DNA from: Blastocystis sp. Blastoise
Taxonomy: Eukaryota > Protista > Bigyra: Opalinata
Assembly (NCBI GenBank): GCA_039096225.1
Contig: JBBPEB010000015.1
Coordinates: forward strand, 2,294,001 to 2,358,000
Reading direction: 5' to 3'
DNA: 64,000 nt
In this document: in pieces, positions 1-13,651 of the stretch
Layout: each line of letters starts with the position of its first letter
How positions within the stretch are numbered: the stretch's first letter is position 1
Position numbers and translations under genes: made by a program
The notes under the pieces: model-generated
What the model saw: the letters and a program-made list of their open reading frames with translations, nothing else
Databases searched by the model: none
What the model was told of the DNA's origin: nothing

Positions 1-1103
1 TTCTTCTTTTTCATTTTTAATTTCTTCATCAATATCTATATCTATAAATTCCTCATGAATATCTTTGATGTTAAGTGTTCTATTATGTTTATTATTTATT
101 ATAGGATCTACACTAATTGAATTATATTTCAATATATTTTGTTCTATCTCTGGATGTTTCAGAGAATAAACTCTATAAGCATAAGGGTAATATTCTTTAT
201 AGTACTGACGTTTATATTCCTTATATAATGTTATATAATGAGTATCAGTTGATTTCACTTGTAGAAATTTTATTTCTGGATAATATGTAACTATATATAT
301 ATATTCTATATTTGTTAATAGAATATACCTTGTATAATATAGTTTTTTATTTTAGGAAATAGTTCATGTAAATTAGAAGGATATATATATTCATAAGGAA
401 TATCTGAAGAGAAATTATCTAAATAAAATTATATATATATATTTATATATTTACATACATTTTAAACAAACTTCGTAAACATTAAAATATTCAAACAGAC
501 AAGAATATTGAAGAAATAATTTATTTCTTTCCTCAGTAAAAATTTCTAATACATATATATATATTGAATAAACCATAAATATAAATACCCTGTATAGTCA
601 TAATAAAACAGTTATCTTCTGAATGTAATATCTTTGAATCTCTATATATATTTCCAAAAATTTATAATAATTAATATATACAGTTCGCAATTATTTTCTT
701 CAATAAATGTTTTGAGTGATTCCACTAAGAAATCATCAATTTTCAAATGATATTCAGTGAAATCATCCCCCAAAAAATATTTTATAGTTTTATCTACATC
801 GATAAGTTCCCGAAATGAGAATGAATCAAGAGGAACTAAATTATTAAAAATTTCTACCACTTTGTCGATAAATAATGATGGAGAATCAATGTAATAAGCT
901 TCGACATCTTCAAGATAATTAGCAGGACTCTTGTATGCCAATAATAATAATGAATTCGGTAAATTCTCAAAAAAAGACAAAGGAATACTTATTCTCTTTT
1001 CATCTTGGAAGACAAAGTTTATGTGTGGTATGTTGCTACTATTGATTTGTATTGATTTCTGATTATTCTCTTTTGATTCTAAAACATCCAGTTCTTCAGA
1101 CAT
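1..1103 (-). CDS. BTB/POZ-like N-terminal domain protein of a lineage-specific family (multi-exon; 3' end runs off the window)
   Basis: Exon 1 ORF has a KCTD-type BTB-like pattern (FVFQDEKRISIP...YYIDSPS). A later exon near 350-420 reads DNFSSDIPYEYIYPSNLHELFPKI, matching the neighbouring paralogue. Confidence 0.7.
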
Positions 1104-1369
1104 TCTCTCATGTACTCTAATTAAGGTATTGGATTGTAAAAATGTTTACGATACATATAATCAGATTATCACTTGTGTTTTGCTATTTTTGAAATAAAAA
1201 AAAAACAACTAGAGAAACAAGTTTTACTTTTTCTTATTTACAGTGGTTTATCAGAATTAGAATATAGTGTATCCACTTTCAAAGTATATATTAACTATTT
1301 ATTTTAAAATATTTTTACAAAAAGTATAATAATATATGATTACCGTGTCATTATAGTTGAATTCAAGTG

Positions 1370-4300
1370 ATGTCAACAAGTGATTTTCTGTTAACTGAAG
1401 ATAAATGTATTTGAATATTATTAAGAAATATTTATTTGGTTTTTTAGATTTATTTACATTTCAAGAAGAGACGAAATTATGGATTTCTAGAGAATTTATT
1501 GAGAAATATAAACAATTTCCCTTTTACGATATTATAAAACACTCTGATAAATATGAGGATGGTACTTATTATATAGATATACCTTCTTCTCCTATGGAAA
1601 AAGTGATTGATTTTTTTATGGATGATAATCAAGATATTTTTACTTTAAATCTACGAGATAGTTATGATATGTATACGACTCTTCTTAATTATTCGGTTGT
1701 AATTGATAATGAGAAACAGGATGATTTATTATTTCATATTAAAGAATTATTTATAGAATATTTAAAAGAAAATAATTATAATATAAATGGATATTCTATT
1801 AAAGATATTCAATCATATCTGCCTATGAATTTATTTAATGATGATTGGAAACAAATATCTATAAAAGGTAGTTCTATTTTATGAATTATATAAATATATA
1901 TATATAGGATTATTTACACCTCAACGAATAAGTGAATTCTTATATTATTCTCTTCTATTTAAAATGATGAATATTACTGATGTTTATATTGAATGTATAT
2001 ATATGCTTAGTTAATTAAAAGATTATATATATATATATAGATGATTATGCATCAAATATTCCATTAGAGTATATATATCCTTCAAATATTAAAGAAATAT
2101 TCCCTTTATTAATAGAAATGAAGATAACTGGTATATATATATAATTAACATATATATATAAAATATATATAAAATTAATAAATATATAAAATATAAATAT
2201 ATATATAAAATTTATATAAATTATATATATATAATTAACATATATATAGTGAATACACATTATAAGAAGACTGAACTATTATTAAATCCAGTTAGTGATG
2301 AATATATTATGGAATATATTCGTTTATTTGAAAAGAATGATAATAAAAAAGATCATACTGATAGTTATAATTATTATACTGAATCTGAGATGAATGAATA
2401 TAATAAGATTTCTTCTTTAGATACTAATAATATACATTATTCACATGATTTAGTTGATTCTTATAATGCAAAAAGACGAAAGAATCAGTTAATAAAGATA
2501 TATAAAAATATAGTGAATGAAGCTATATATACAAATGATTATTCGAAAGTAGACATTAATGAAACAGAAAATGAATATATATTATATGATCAAATCAGAA
2601 TTATATATGATTGTATATATTTATATTAGTATATAATTATTTAATTTATTATTATTATTATATATAGATGAAACAAATGATAAAACATTCCTGTAAATAT
2701 TTATATTAATTTTTACTCTGAATTTATACATATATTATAAATAGTATTGAAGAAGTATCTTCAGAAATTGTTATATCTCAATTATTAAGTCTTCCTTCAC
2801 ATTTTTCATTTTCAAAGATTGCATTTAATTCATGTAAATAAATAATATAATAAAAATAATTTTCTATTTTAGATATTGACTCAAAATACGAATCTATAAT
2901 TATTATTAATGCATTTGAAAAAGGTGTTTTTGATTCCTTAACTACATTAAATGTAAAGTGGGGTATTTCTATTATTGTGTTTATTATTATATATATTTTT
3001 TAGTATAAATTAATAAAGTTATTATTATTATTATTAACCAAATTATTATTATTATTAAATACATATTATTATTATTATTTATTATAGTTAAAAATTTGAC
3101 TAGTCATATTGATGATAATCTATTTATGAAAATAATGACAACTCATATATTTCCAAATGTTACTACACTTGAATATAACTATGATTGTACTATATATATT
3201 AATATAACATAATATATATATATATATATAGATTACTTTCAGTTATCCTCTATAAAGAAAGAAAACTTCCCGAAACTCCATATTCTAGACTGCCATATAG
3301 AAATGAGTAAATTGTTTATATCTATATAAAAACTATATTTATATATTAGGTATTGATTTTGATTCTATTTTTCCTTTGGATTTCCTATCTATGATTGATA
3401 CTATTCAAATAGATAAAGTTGATGACAATCAAGAATATGAATTAGCTTTACTTTTAGACGATTTAGCTTATATAAATTTGATTCATATTAATATAACGTG
3501 TAAGCAATTAGCACAATCAAATTCAATTATATTGACTTTATTATTATCATTTTTTATATATATATAGCTAATCTAGTTTATTATTTTCCACATTTACGAG
3601 AATTATTAGACAAAAATCTTATTTCCTTTGATGAGCTTTATAGTATTCTTTATATATATTATTATTATTATTATTATACTTATTATTATTAATATATATT
3701 ATTATATATAGTTAATACTAATGATTCTGATAATGTCAAGAAGTTGGATTGCTTTGAAAATTATAAACAAAATATTGATTGTTTAAATATTGAATTCAAT
3801 GGTTTGCATTTATAAATATATAGTTAGCATATACTATTATTACTTATAGATGATGAAAGACATGAAAACAAGAATTCTTTAGAACGATTTTTAAAGAGTA
3901 ATGTATTACACTATTTGAATAGTTTAAGTGTCTTATGTATGTATATTTATATATATATTATTATTATCATTTTTATTCTATTTGAATAATAATATCTATA
4001 GTTGGTAGTAGAATAAGTATAGAGTATTTAACATGGATATCAAATATCATTAATGATAATAAGATTAATACTATTCATGAATTAACGATTGATTTACGTA
4101 ATATAACAGTATCTTCATCTGAATATATAACGGCATATGAGAATATAATGGAAAAATTAATTTCTAAGGCTTCTATTATAAAAATAGATCGTAATCATTT
4201 ATATATATAATTATTATATATAATAATAATTATTTACAAATTTAAATATTTTTATTATTAGATTGCTACATGTCTTTTATAAATCGATTAATTCCTAAAG

Positions 4301-5251
4301 GTTGTTTTCATAATACAACTCAATTAACTCTAAGTATATATATAATTATTTATATTATTTAAATGTAAATTATGATATAGTTCATCTTATTATTATATTA
4401 TTATAGTAACTTATGATGTACCGGATGATAGTTTTTATGAACTATGTAATACGGATCATTTTACTCAAATAAAATCTATCGAATGTGGTATATATTAATA
4501 ACAATAATGTATTATAAATCATGAATAATTATGTAAAATACTTTTTCATATAAAATACATATAATATTCAATATTACATATTTATAGATATACCTAGGAA
4601 TAGACGGTGGTTGAATAATTTTAAAGAAACATTATGTGAATATATTGATAATACTAAATTTCCATTATCAACTACTATTCAATTAAGTGGTATGTCCTTA
4701 ATAATAATACTATATGTATTCATTAATCATATAAATTTATTCATATAGTTTCTGTGAGGGGTTACGTTATTGATTCTCATACTTCTGTTCTTCGGTGCAA
4801 ACAGGATAATAATACATTTATAAATAAAATTATTGGTACAAAAGGTATATATAAATATATCTTATTAGAGAAATATACTTATTTAGATAAAGAGATGAGT
4901 AAATTTGAGATAGAAACGTTATTAGATTGTATAAATGAAAATAAAACTCAAAACATAAGAAGTTTAAAATTATGTATTTATATAAATATTTCTTATATTA
5001 TTTCTTTTTTTTATAGATATTTATGATGAGGAACAATTGTCAAAACTTATCAATTTTATTACTATTGGAAAGATTCCTAAATTGAAAGAGTTTTTGTTTT
5101 ATATGGGTATGCATATAGTTATTTAAATTAATAATGCTATATAGGTAATGATATTTCAGATGAAAAATCTAATATGTATAAACAACAATTGAATGATTCT
5201 ATATTTATTCAAGAAAATCATGTGAATTATAAATTTGGCATATTTCATTAA
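1370..5251 (+). CDS. BTB/POZ-like + degenerate LRR-like repeat protein (multi-exon), paralogue of the upstream gene
   Basis: ATG 1370, GT-AG intron 1407-1447, then LFTFQEETKLWISREF...YYIDIPS and NIPLEYIYPSNIKEIFPLL. Recurrent FPxL/V-xxLxx units (IFPNVTTLEY, NFPKLHILDC, KIPKLKEFLF). Stop TAA 5249-5251. Confidence 0.75.
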
Positions 5252-6303
5252 TTCTCTTGTATATATATTTATATCTTATATTATTATATTTTTTATGAAT
5301 ATCTTGTCATTATTTTTTTTCATATATTAACGTGTCTATAATGTATATATATATATAATTTAATTAATATTGTTTCTTATTTTATTTCAATAAGATAACA
5401 CTAGTGTTTTAATAGAATAAGAATTTTCAATAATATATATATAAATGATATAAATAGAGTAGAATACCATAAAATGTTTATTATAAATTTATTTTGAAGT
5501 ATTCATGAAAAATTAGATTAATAAATAGTCATAAAGAATTATACTTATAAGAATGATATCCCAAGTCTAGTTACAATCTATTTTAAAACCAATATATTTG
5601 AAAAAGTTGTTATACATATATATTATTCTGTTTCAAAATAAATATTTATTTTGAATGTATATTATTTCTTTATTCTATTTATTATAATTAATGTGCTTGT
5701 ATAATTCATAATTTTGACATTATATATATTAAAGTTTACATATTATTATAACTAGTTATATCTATGCATATGCTCATGATTATTTATTATATAAAATAAC
5801 ATTGTTTATCAATATAATAGCGGATACAAATATATAATATTTATGTTATTATCTTAAAATAGGTGAAATATTACATGGAATGATATATATATGGTTTTCA
5901 ATATTTATTTTTTAATACATTCTCTTTAAATAATTAGTTGTTGCTTTAAAAGTATTAAAATCATATTGCTTCATGTTATAAAATGATGATTATATAATTA
6001 ACGAGACTATACACATAATACTTACATTAGTTTATTGATACATCAACTATATAAATAAAATTTAGTTTATTATGAAAATAAAACAAATCAACAAAACCAA
6101 TAAAACAAGAAAGCTTATACATTTTAATACAAAGAATGTAAATATAGAAAAGTGCTTTTATAAATAACATACAAGCCATATTGTAAATAAAATATTATGA
6201 TGTTTTTAATATATGATAAAATGAATGAAATTTATATAATAATCAATCAATAGTATCATTTATATTTATTATAAGACAATCCTAGAAACAGGGACCACTA
6301 CAA

Positions 6304-7510
6304 TCAATAATACCTCAAATTGTTAGGGTTACAAAACACAGTCAAAACGGAGAGAATAATCTTGAGGATACCATAAATGATCATCATAAATGATGTTTCT
6401 ATTAGATGATTTACAAATAAATTTGAGAAAAAATTATCAGCATTCATATTATTTCTACGTTGATCGTCGATAAGTGAATAAATGTTATAGGTTTCCGAAG
6501 TTATATATCCAAAGAAAAAAAAGCCAAGCAAAATAATCTATATTTTATAAAACAAATAGAATAATAATGGAGGAATATATATATATACCATTAAAACAAA
6601 AGGAATGCAAAAATAAGCTAAATTTATATCACGCCCATTCATTTTTAAGTAAGCACATATAGAAAAGCCAAAAAGAAAAATAGAGTATAACAAAACATCA
6701 CAATCACAACAAATTGTATCTCTATTGTCTATAGCTCCCTATAATTTATAATAGAAATATATAATAATATTATACATCTTGACAGCCGCACATACACATT
6801 AGAATACTATATAATATGCATATTATCATAATAAAATATATATATATATATATATACAACTTCAAAAAAAAGCATATGAAAAAAATCCATAGAAGTATAA
6901 ATATAATATTGTATGACCATTCTAATATTTGATCATAGATTAAAGAAGCTATTAGAATAGATATAACAGGAAGGATCATATTTGGCCTTTGAAGATTAGA
7001 AACTAAAGCGTCCTCAGATCTAATAGAACTAGAAACATTTAATATATGATATATATAATGAGAATATTTATGATAATAATGAATTAAAAAATATATTTAT
7101 ATATTAATTATTACACATATAATAGATTCAATACTTACTCTATAAGAATAGCTGTTATCCATAATAAATATCCCAAAAAGAATGGACATAAACCTATAGT
7201 TAAACTGAACAAATGAAAATCGACGGAAAGACAGAAAGTCACTGTTGATATTACAAAACATAAAATTGATGTTTTTAAAATACTATAGAAGAAAATAAAT
7301 AATTATTCAATATACATAAATTAGTAAATTATAATAATTTAATTATAGATATATATATATATACAAACCAAAAAATGCCTCTAAAGAAAACTCACAGACT
7401 TGAACAATAAAGCACCAAAAAATTATAAAAATATCTAATATAAAAATAGGTATCATAATATATGTAAATTTCCATTCAATAATAGATTCTATTCGCAATC
7501 CTAATAGAAC

Positions 7511-7541
<31 letters not shown>

Positions 7542-8600
7542 AAATACATACTTGGAAAAACAATCATTGGAATAAAATCAATAAAAAGCGCAATTATCAT
7601 AACATATTTCATAAAAAAACAATTTTCATTATATTTATCCTATATAAAATAATATAATAATAATGATAATATAATAATAAACAATATACTTGAAATTTCC
7701 AAAATTCATCATATAGAGATAATGCGTTAACAAAACCAGTTGATGATTGATTTATATGTTCCAAACTTATGTTTACTACATCATTTGAGGTTTCTGAAGT
7801 AATTGGATTATTTGTTTGTAAAGAAGGATCAATGGCAATTAAAGTTTGGTCATTAATAGCAGAACTCTGATTATTTTCTATCCAATGAGGATCATTAGCA
7901 TTCAAAAGAAGATTCGCTGTTTCTGATTTATTTAAATTAGTATTAAAAGCTGGATCTAATATATCCTTAATTCTCAAAGGAACATTCGCTGTTTCTGATT
8001 CATTTAAATTAGTATTATTAGCTGAATCTAATACATTATTAGCATTTGAAGGAACATTTGCTGTTTCAGATTCATTTAAATTATTATTATTAGATGAATC
8101 TAGCACATTATTAGTATTTGAAGAAACATTTGTTACTTCTGATTCATTTAAAATAGTATTAGAAGTTGAATCTAACACATCATTCGTATTTGAAGAAAGA
8201 TTCACTACTTCTGATTCATTTAAATCAGTGTTAGAATTTGAATCAAATACATAACTAGTACCATCCCCACATTGATCATAAGATTGCTAAAAAAAAATTA
8301 AAACAATCAAAATAATTACATTACTCTTTTTATTGGATCAGAAAGAATCTCGTATGCTCTTTTATATACTTGTAACTACAAGAAATAAAAAAAAAAAAGA
8401 TAATGAACAGCACATACAAAACTCATCACAGATTCATTAGTATTATTCTCAGCATCATAACATTTACACAAATTATTATATTGATTCTATATAGAAAATA
8501 TCACTATAAGATTGTTGAAAAAATAAAATACTGTTATTGTTTCCAAAGTTGAGTCAGGAGCTACACCAAATAATTCATAAAGTCGAGTGTTTTGTGACAT
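6304..8600 (-). CDS. Degenerate J-domain (no HPD) + 24-aa repeats + TMEM185/TMEM60-like multi-pass membrane domain
   Basis: Spliced N-terminus MSQNTRLYELFGVAPDSTLETITNQYNNLCKCYDAENN...RAYEILSDPIKRQSYDQCG is DnaJ-like. The C-terminal half has repeated LLGLRIESIIEWKFTYIMIPIFI / IYDQILEWSYNIIFILLWI units typical of Tmemb_185A. Confidence 0.75.
7895..8250 (-). repeat. Coding minisatellite, 72-bp (24-aa) unit, about 5 copies
   Basis: LNESEVVNLSSNTNDVLDSTSNTI / LNESEVTNVSSNTNNVLDSSNNNN / LNESETANVPSNANNVLDSANNTN and so on. 'ctgattcattta' recurs at 72-bp spacing (8139, 8211). Confidence 0.9.
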
Positions 8601-8658
8601 TATGAGAATAGAGAAACGTAACAGATAAAAATAATTATTACTTCTATCATCTACTAAG

Positions 8659-8735
8659 ATATTCAACCATAATCTTTTGAAACTTGTTAAAGAAAATATT
8701 TGCTTTACAAGTTTCAAAAGATTATGGTTGAATAT
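8659..8735. repeat. Perfect 29-bp inverted repeat with 19-nt spacer (hairpin/cruciform)
   Basis: atattcaaccataatcttttgaaacttgt (8659-8687) is the exact reverse complement of acaagtttcaaaagattatggttgaatat (8707-8735). Confidence 0.95.
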
Positions 8736-9206
8736 AAAGTATTTTATCCGGTTTAAACCAGATAATTAACCGTATCCGGTTTTTTGTAATTCTCTAAAAG
8801 AATCACTTAAAGCGTCTGAAAACATCAGGAAATCATTTTTCCCACGGTTATTAGTCTTTTTACTCAGGTTTCTCTTCAAGAACATATATACAAAGAATTT
8901 TGAACCGTGAAGAATCGCGACTATTTTTTTAAATTGCCCATTTTTTCAAAGATATTATTTTACTAGAATTGAGCAACAGTTTTTTGTATCTTAGAATATG
9001 TATACTGTATTTATTTTTATTGTTTTATAAGTATAATGAATTTTAAAGTATCAAATAAATAATTGTTATAACTAAAATAAAACAAAGTTTGAATAAAAAC
9101 TCAAACCAAACAATAGACCTTTAATAAAATGAATTATATAAAAATAACAATATATATCAAAAAAAAGATCTTCGTTAGAAAGGAATATATCATTTATGCT
9201 TCACAT

Positions 9207-12200
9207 TTACTTGGATCTTAATTGACAAGTACGATTAATAATAATATGAGCAGCTCTACTATCATTATCTACAGCAAAATAACCAAGTCTCTCAAATTGA
9301 ATATGATCATTTCTCTATATATTATATTGAATAATATATAGAGAATAAGTGTAATATGTAATTATAATATATATATATATATATATAGAAAAATAAAATT
9401 ACATATAATATAATAGATACCTTATTATAATTAAGAACAGAAGGTTCAATATAAGCTTGAGGAACAACAATTTCACTATTCGTATTAATATGTTCGACCC
9501 AATCTTCAATAACAGCAGGATTTTGATCTAAGAATAAATAATCATAAAGACGGATTTCCGCGGTTATAGGAGCTTTATTTAATTGACTACCACAGACCCA
9601 ATGAATAGCACCAAGTTTCTTATTATGTTCAGCAACTTGCTTTTCTTTCTCTTCATCAGATAAAACAGTATATATATATAGTTATATACATGATAAAGAA
9701 TACTATTAATTGAATAAAAATTTATATAATATAAAAATGCATATATTTAAAAAATATATAATATATATAAATAATAGCATATAATATATACGTAGCATAG
9801 ACTTTAGTGATTTTACCATTTTCATCGGTTTCTACTTTATCACATTTAATAACATAAGCATATTTAAGAGAGACAATTTTCCCTGGAGCAATACCTAAGA
9901 ATTTAGGTTCATCAACAGTCTTAACATCATCTCTATCTATATAGACAGTCTTTTGGAAAGGAAGAGAACGATTTCCTTTAGTAATATCTTTAGGGAAAAG
10001 AGGAGCAGTAATAGTTTCAAAATGATCATCAGAAAGATTAGTTAATATACATTCTACTGGATCTAATACACAGAAAGCACGTGGAGCGGTATCTTCAAGA
10101 TATAAACGTACATAATGTTCTAATCTACTCCAATCAATATTTGTAGTTGTTGTACGAGTAACCGAAATATCTTCACAGAAATTATTAATAGCTTGAGGAG
10201 GATAACCTCTTCTACGTAATCCCTTAATAGTAGGCATTCTTGGATCATCCCAATCACGTACTATATGATGTTCCACCATATACTTCAGGCGACGCTTGGA
10301 AAGAACAGTATTGGTTAAATTAAGACGACCAAATTCCCATACATGAGCTCTCCACACATTTAATTGATCGACTAACCAATAATAACTCTCTCTACGAACC
10401 TATAAAATAGATAGATTATTTATATAGCGATTATTATAGAATATAATAATAGAATAATAATAATAGAATAATAATAATATAATAGAATAATAGAATATAA
10501 TAATAGAATAATATAATAATATAATAATAATATAATAATAATAATATAATATAATAATAGAATAATAATATAATATAATATACTTCAAATTCAAGTGTAC
10601 ATAAAGAATAATCGATATTTTCAAGTGAGTCTACAAGACAATGTTGGAAATCATAAGAAGGATATATACACCATTTATCTCCTACGTGAGGGTGAGGTAT
10701 ATATTTAATACGATAAGCAACAGGATCCCACATACAAGGGTTAGGATTATGCATATCAATCTTCATTCTTAAAGTAGCCTAAAGGGTATTATTATTAGTA
10801 TATAATTAATAGTTTATATAAATAACAATGAATAATAATGTATAATAAAAATAAATAATAATAATAATAATATATATATACAGCTCCTTCTTCATATTTA
10901 CCATTCTTCATATCTTCAAATAAACGAAGATTTTCTTCAACAGAACGATTTCTCCAAGGAGATTCAGGATTTAAATCTTTATACATATATATATTATTAA
11001 TAATAATAATTATTATTATTATTATTATATATATACCTTTACGACCACCTTCAGAATTGACTTCTTGAGCGATTTCACGACTCTTCTTAATCTCTTCAGC
11101 AGTCTATATATATATAGAATATATTATATATTATATAATATAATATAATATTATATAATATAATATATATACTTGATGACAAACATAAGCTTTACCCATT
11201 TTAATTAATTGAATAGCAAATTGATATAACTATATAATAAATATAATAATAATAATAAATATAATAATATATATATATATATATAATTTATCAAAGTTAT
11301 CTGAGGCGAAGTTGATCTTGACGGGATTCCAGCCTAACCAATGAACGTCTTCCATAATATTATCAATAAACTCTTCTTTCTCAGCACTAGGATTTGTATC
11401 ATCAAAACGTAATAAACATTCACCTTCTCTATATATATACATATATATATATATATTTAAACTAATAAAAATATTTTTTTGACAAAAAAAAATCATATAT
11501 TATAGAATAATTCTATTTTTTAAAAAAACAAGAAAAAATCAAAAGTAAATAATACTAATAAATATATATTTATATATACTTTCCTGCTTTTTCGAAAGCT
11601 CCCTTAAAGTTAAGATACATAGATTTAGCATGACCAATATGAATATAACCATTAGGTTCAGGAGGGAAACGTGTACGGATTTTACCGCCAGTAACCTTCA
11701 AATGCTCTTCAATCAACTTTTCACTATTCTTAGCACTTGCTAAATCTCTAAATATATTAATAATAAAAATATTAATAATAATAAATATAATAAATATAAT
11801 AAATAATAATAATAAATAATAAATACCTAGCTTCAAAAGCATCAATTTCTCTCTTGGGTTCTTCAGTCTTTACAACTTCAACCTTTTCCTTCTTCTCTCC
11901 CTTACCCTTCTTAGTAGTCTTCTTAGCAGCTTGAGCCTTTATGAAATATAGAATATAGAATATTCAAAATACTGGAAAATATCATGAAAAGAATATTAAA
12001 TATATATATATCATTAAAAAAATATAATTTATATATACAGCTTTATCTTCTTCAGTAATAGGTCCTAATAAAGCAAGAATTTGTTTATCAAGTTCATCCT
12101 TTATCATTTTACCATCAGCCCATTTTGTTCTTCCTTCTTTAAAAGCATAACTATATATATAATAAATAACATAAAATAATAATAATAATAAATAACATAA

Positions 12201-12766
12201 AATAATAATAATAATAAATAACATATAATAATAATAATAATAAATAATAATAAATAACATATAATAATAATAATAAATAACATAAAATAATATAACAACA
12301 AAATATATATTTACAGTAATTTAGGAATAGAGAAACAATATCTTTCAGAAAGAAGAGCTTGCTTGTTTTCTTCGATGACAGATTTAACGGCTTCAACAAT
12401 TTCATCAGCAGTGACATCGATACCGACACCAGCTTTTTGCTCTAAAAGAGGCATATCAATAGGAGCATCAGCAGCTAATGACTTAAGATAAGCAAAAGTT
12501 TCAGTGATTTGTAAATTAGATTTTATTTTTCCATCAACAATCATCTTTAAAATAGTAGGACGATGTTGAGGACAAGATCCAGGGAAAGAATTAACACAAT
12601 TGTAAATTAAATTACCAACAGCCTTATCACAACCATTCTGAACTCCAGCTTCAATAATAGCAGCAGACAAATCAGCAGCCTTCTTCTTAGCCTTTAAAGT
12701 GTTATCAATTGTCTTAGTATCTAAGCCAATAGACTCAAACAAAGTCTTCATTTGATCCTCTTCCAT
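9207..12766 (-). CDS. QARS1: Glutaminyl-tRNA synthetase, eukaryotic type (about 12 exons)
   Basis: [49 protein letters not shown] and QFERLGYF motifs. Eukaryotic N-terminal extension. Stop TAA 9207-9209. Confidence 0.97.
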
Positions 12767-13651
12767 TCCTGAACGTATTCACAAAGAAAAAATCTATAAA
12801 GTATTTTTTATCATCTTGAAAAGAAGGGCTCGTCATTATCAACTCTAAAAAATAGTGAAGACAATTTTTGTGAAAATTGGTGTTGGGATGGTAGAAACAC
12901 CGGGAAATGGTGATTATCGTTTTTCCATTGTTCTAAGGTTTTTATAACTTAGAATGATGGAATAACCGTGAAATACAAATGCTGTTCAGAGATTAGTCCC
13001 TATTGAGAGAGTAAAGATTTTGTTTGATCATAGGGATCATTTGAAGGATTCTTATAATACTTATTTCTTTGTTGATATATATATAATTAGAGTGTTTATG
13101 TATTTAGTATCGTTTTTATAAAAAATTTGAAGCGTATTTACTTGTTGATTCCCAAACTGTTGAGTTATTCATTATGTTATTTCAGCGAGAAAACCGAATT
13201 TACTTATTTAATTTGATGTGACTGATGTTAAAAAGGTCTGTGGAAAGTGATTCAAATCGATTATTATCAAACAACGCAATAAAACTAGTTTGAATTATTC
13301 TTCCTTTATCTGCGTATATGAAAGAATTTTATTGCTTACATCAAGCATATTACATTGTCTACCATTGATTTAACCATCAAAAAATAAATATAATCTTATG
13401 AAAGTCTATGTTTAAAAGAATTACTTGAATAGAACTATAAATAAAACTTTCATTTTTATGAAAAAAATAGCTTTTTATCTTATTGTTCTAATTAGACAAA
13501 AGGAAAAGTAATTAATGACAATAAATCAAATAATATAACTTAAACAAAAAAAAATAAAAATAAACATGAATTTCATTTTTTCAATAGGGCAAAAACGAGA
13601 AATGTTCTTGTTTTTTGTTCAGAATATATTTTTGTTATTATTTAGCTAAAT

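Noticed and set aside
12878-12905. ggtgtt...aacacc stem upstream of GlnRS as a possible tRNA or ncRNA
   Set aside because: Only a 6-bp stem, with no cloverleaf or A/B boxes.
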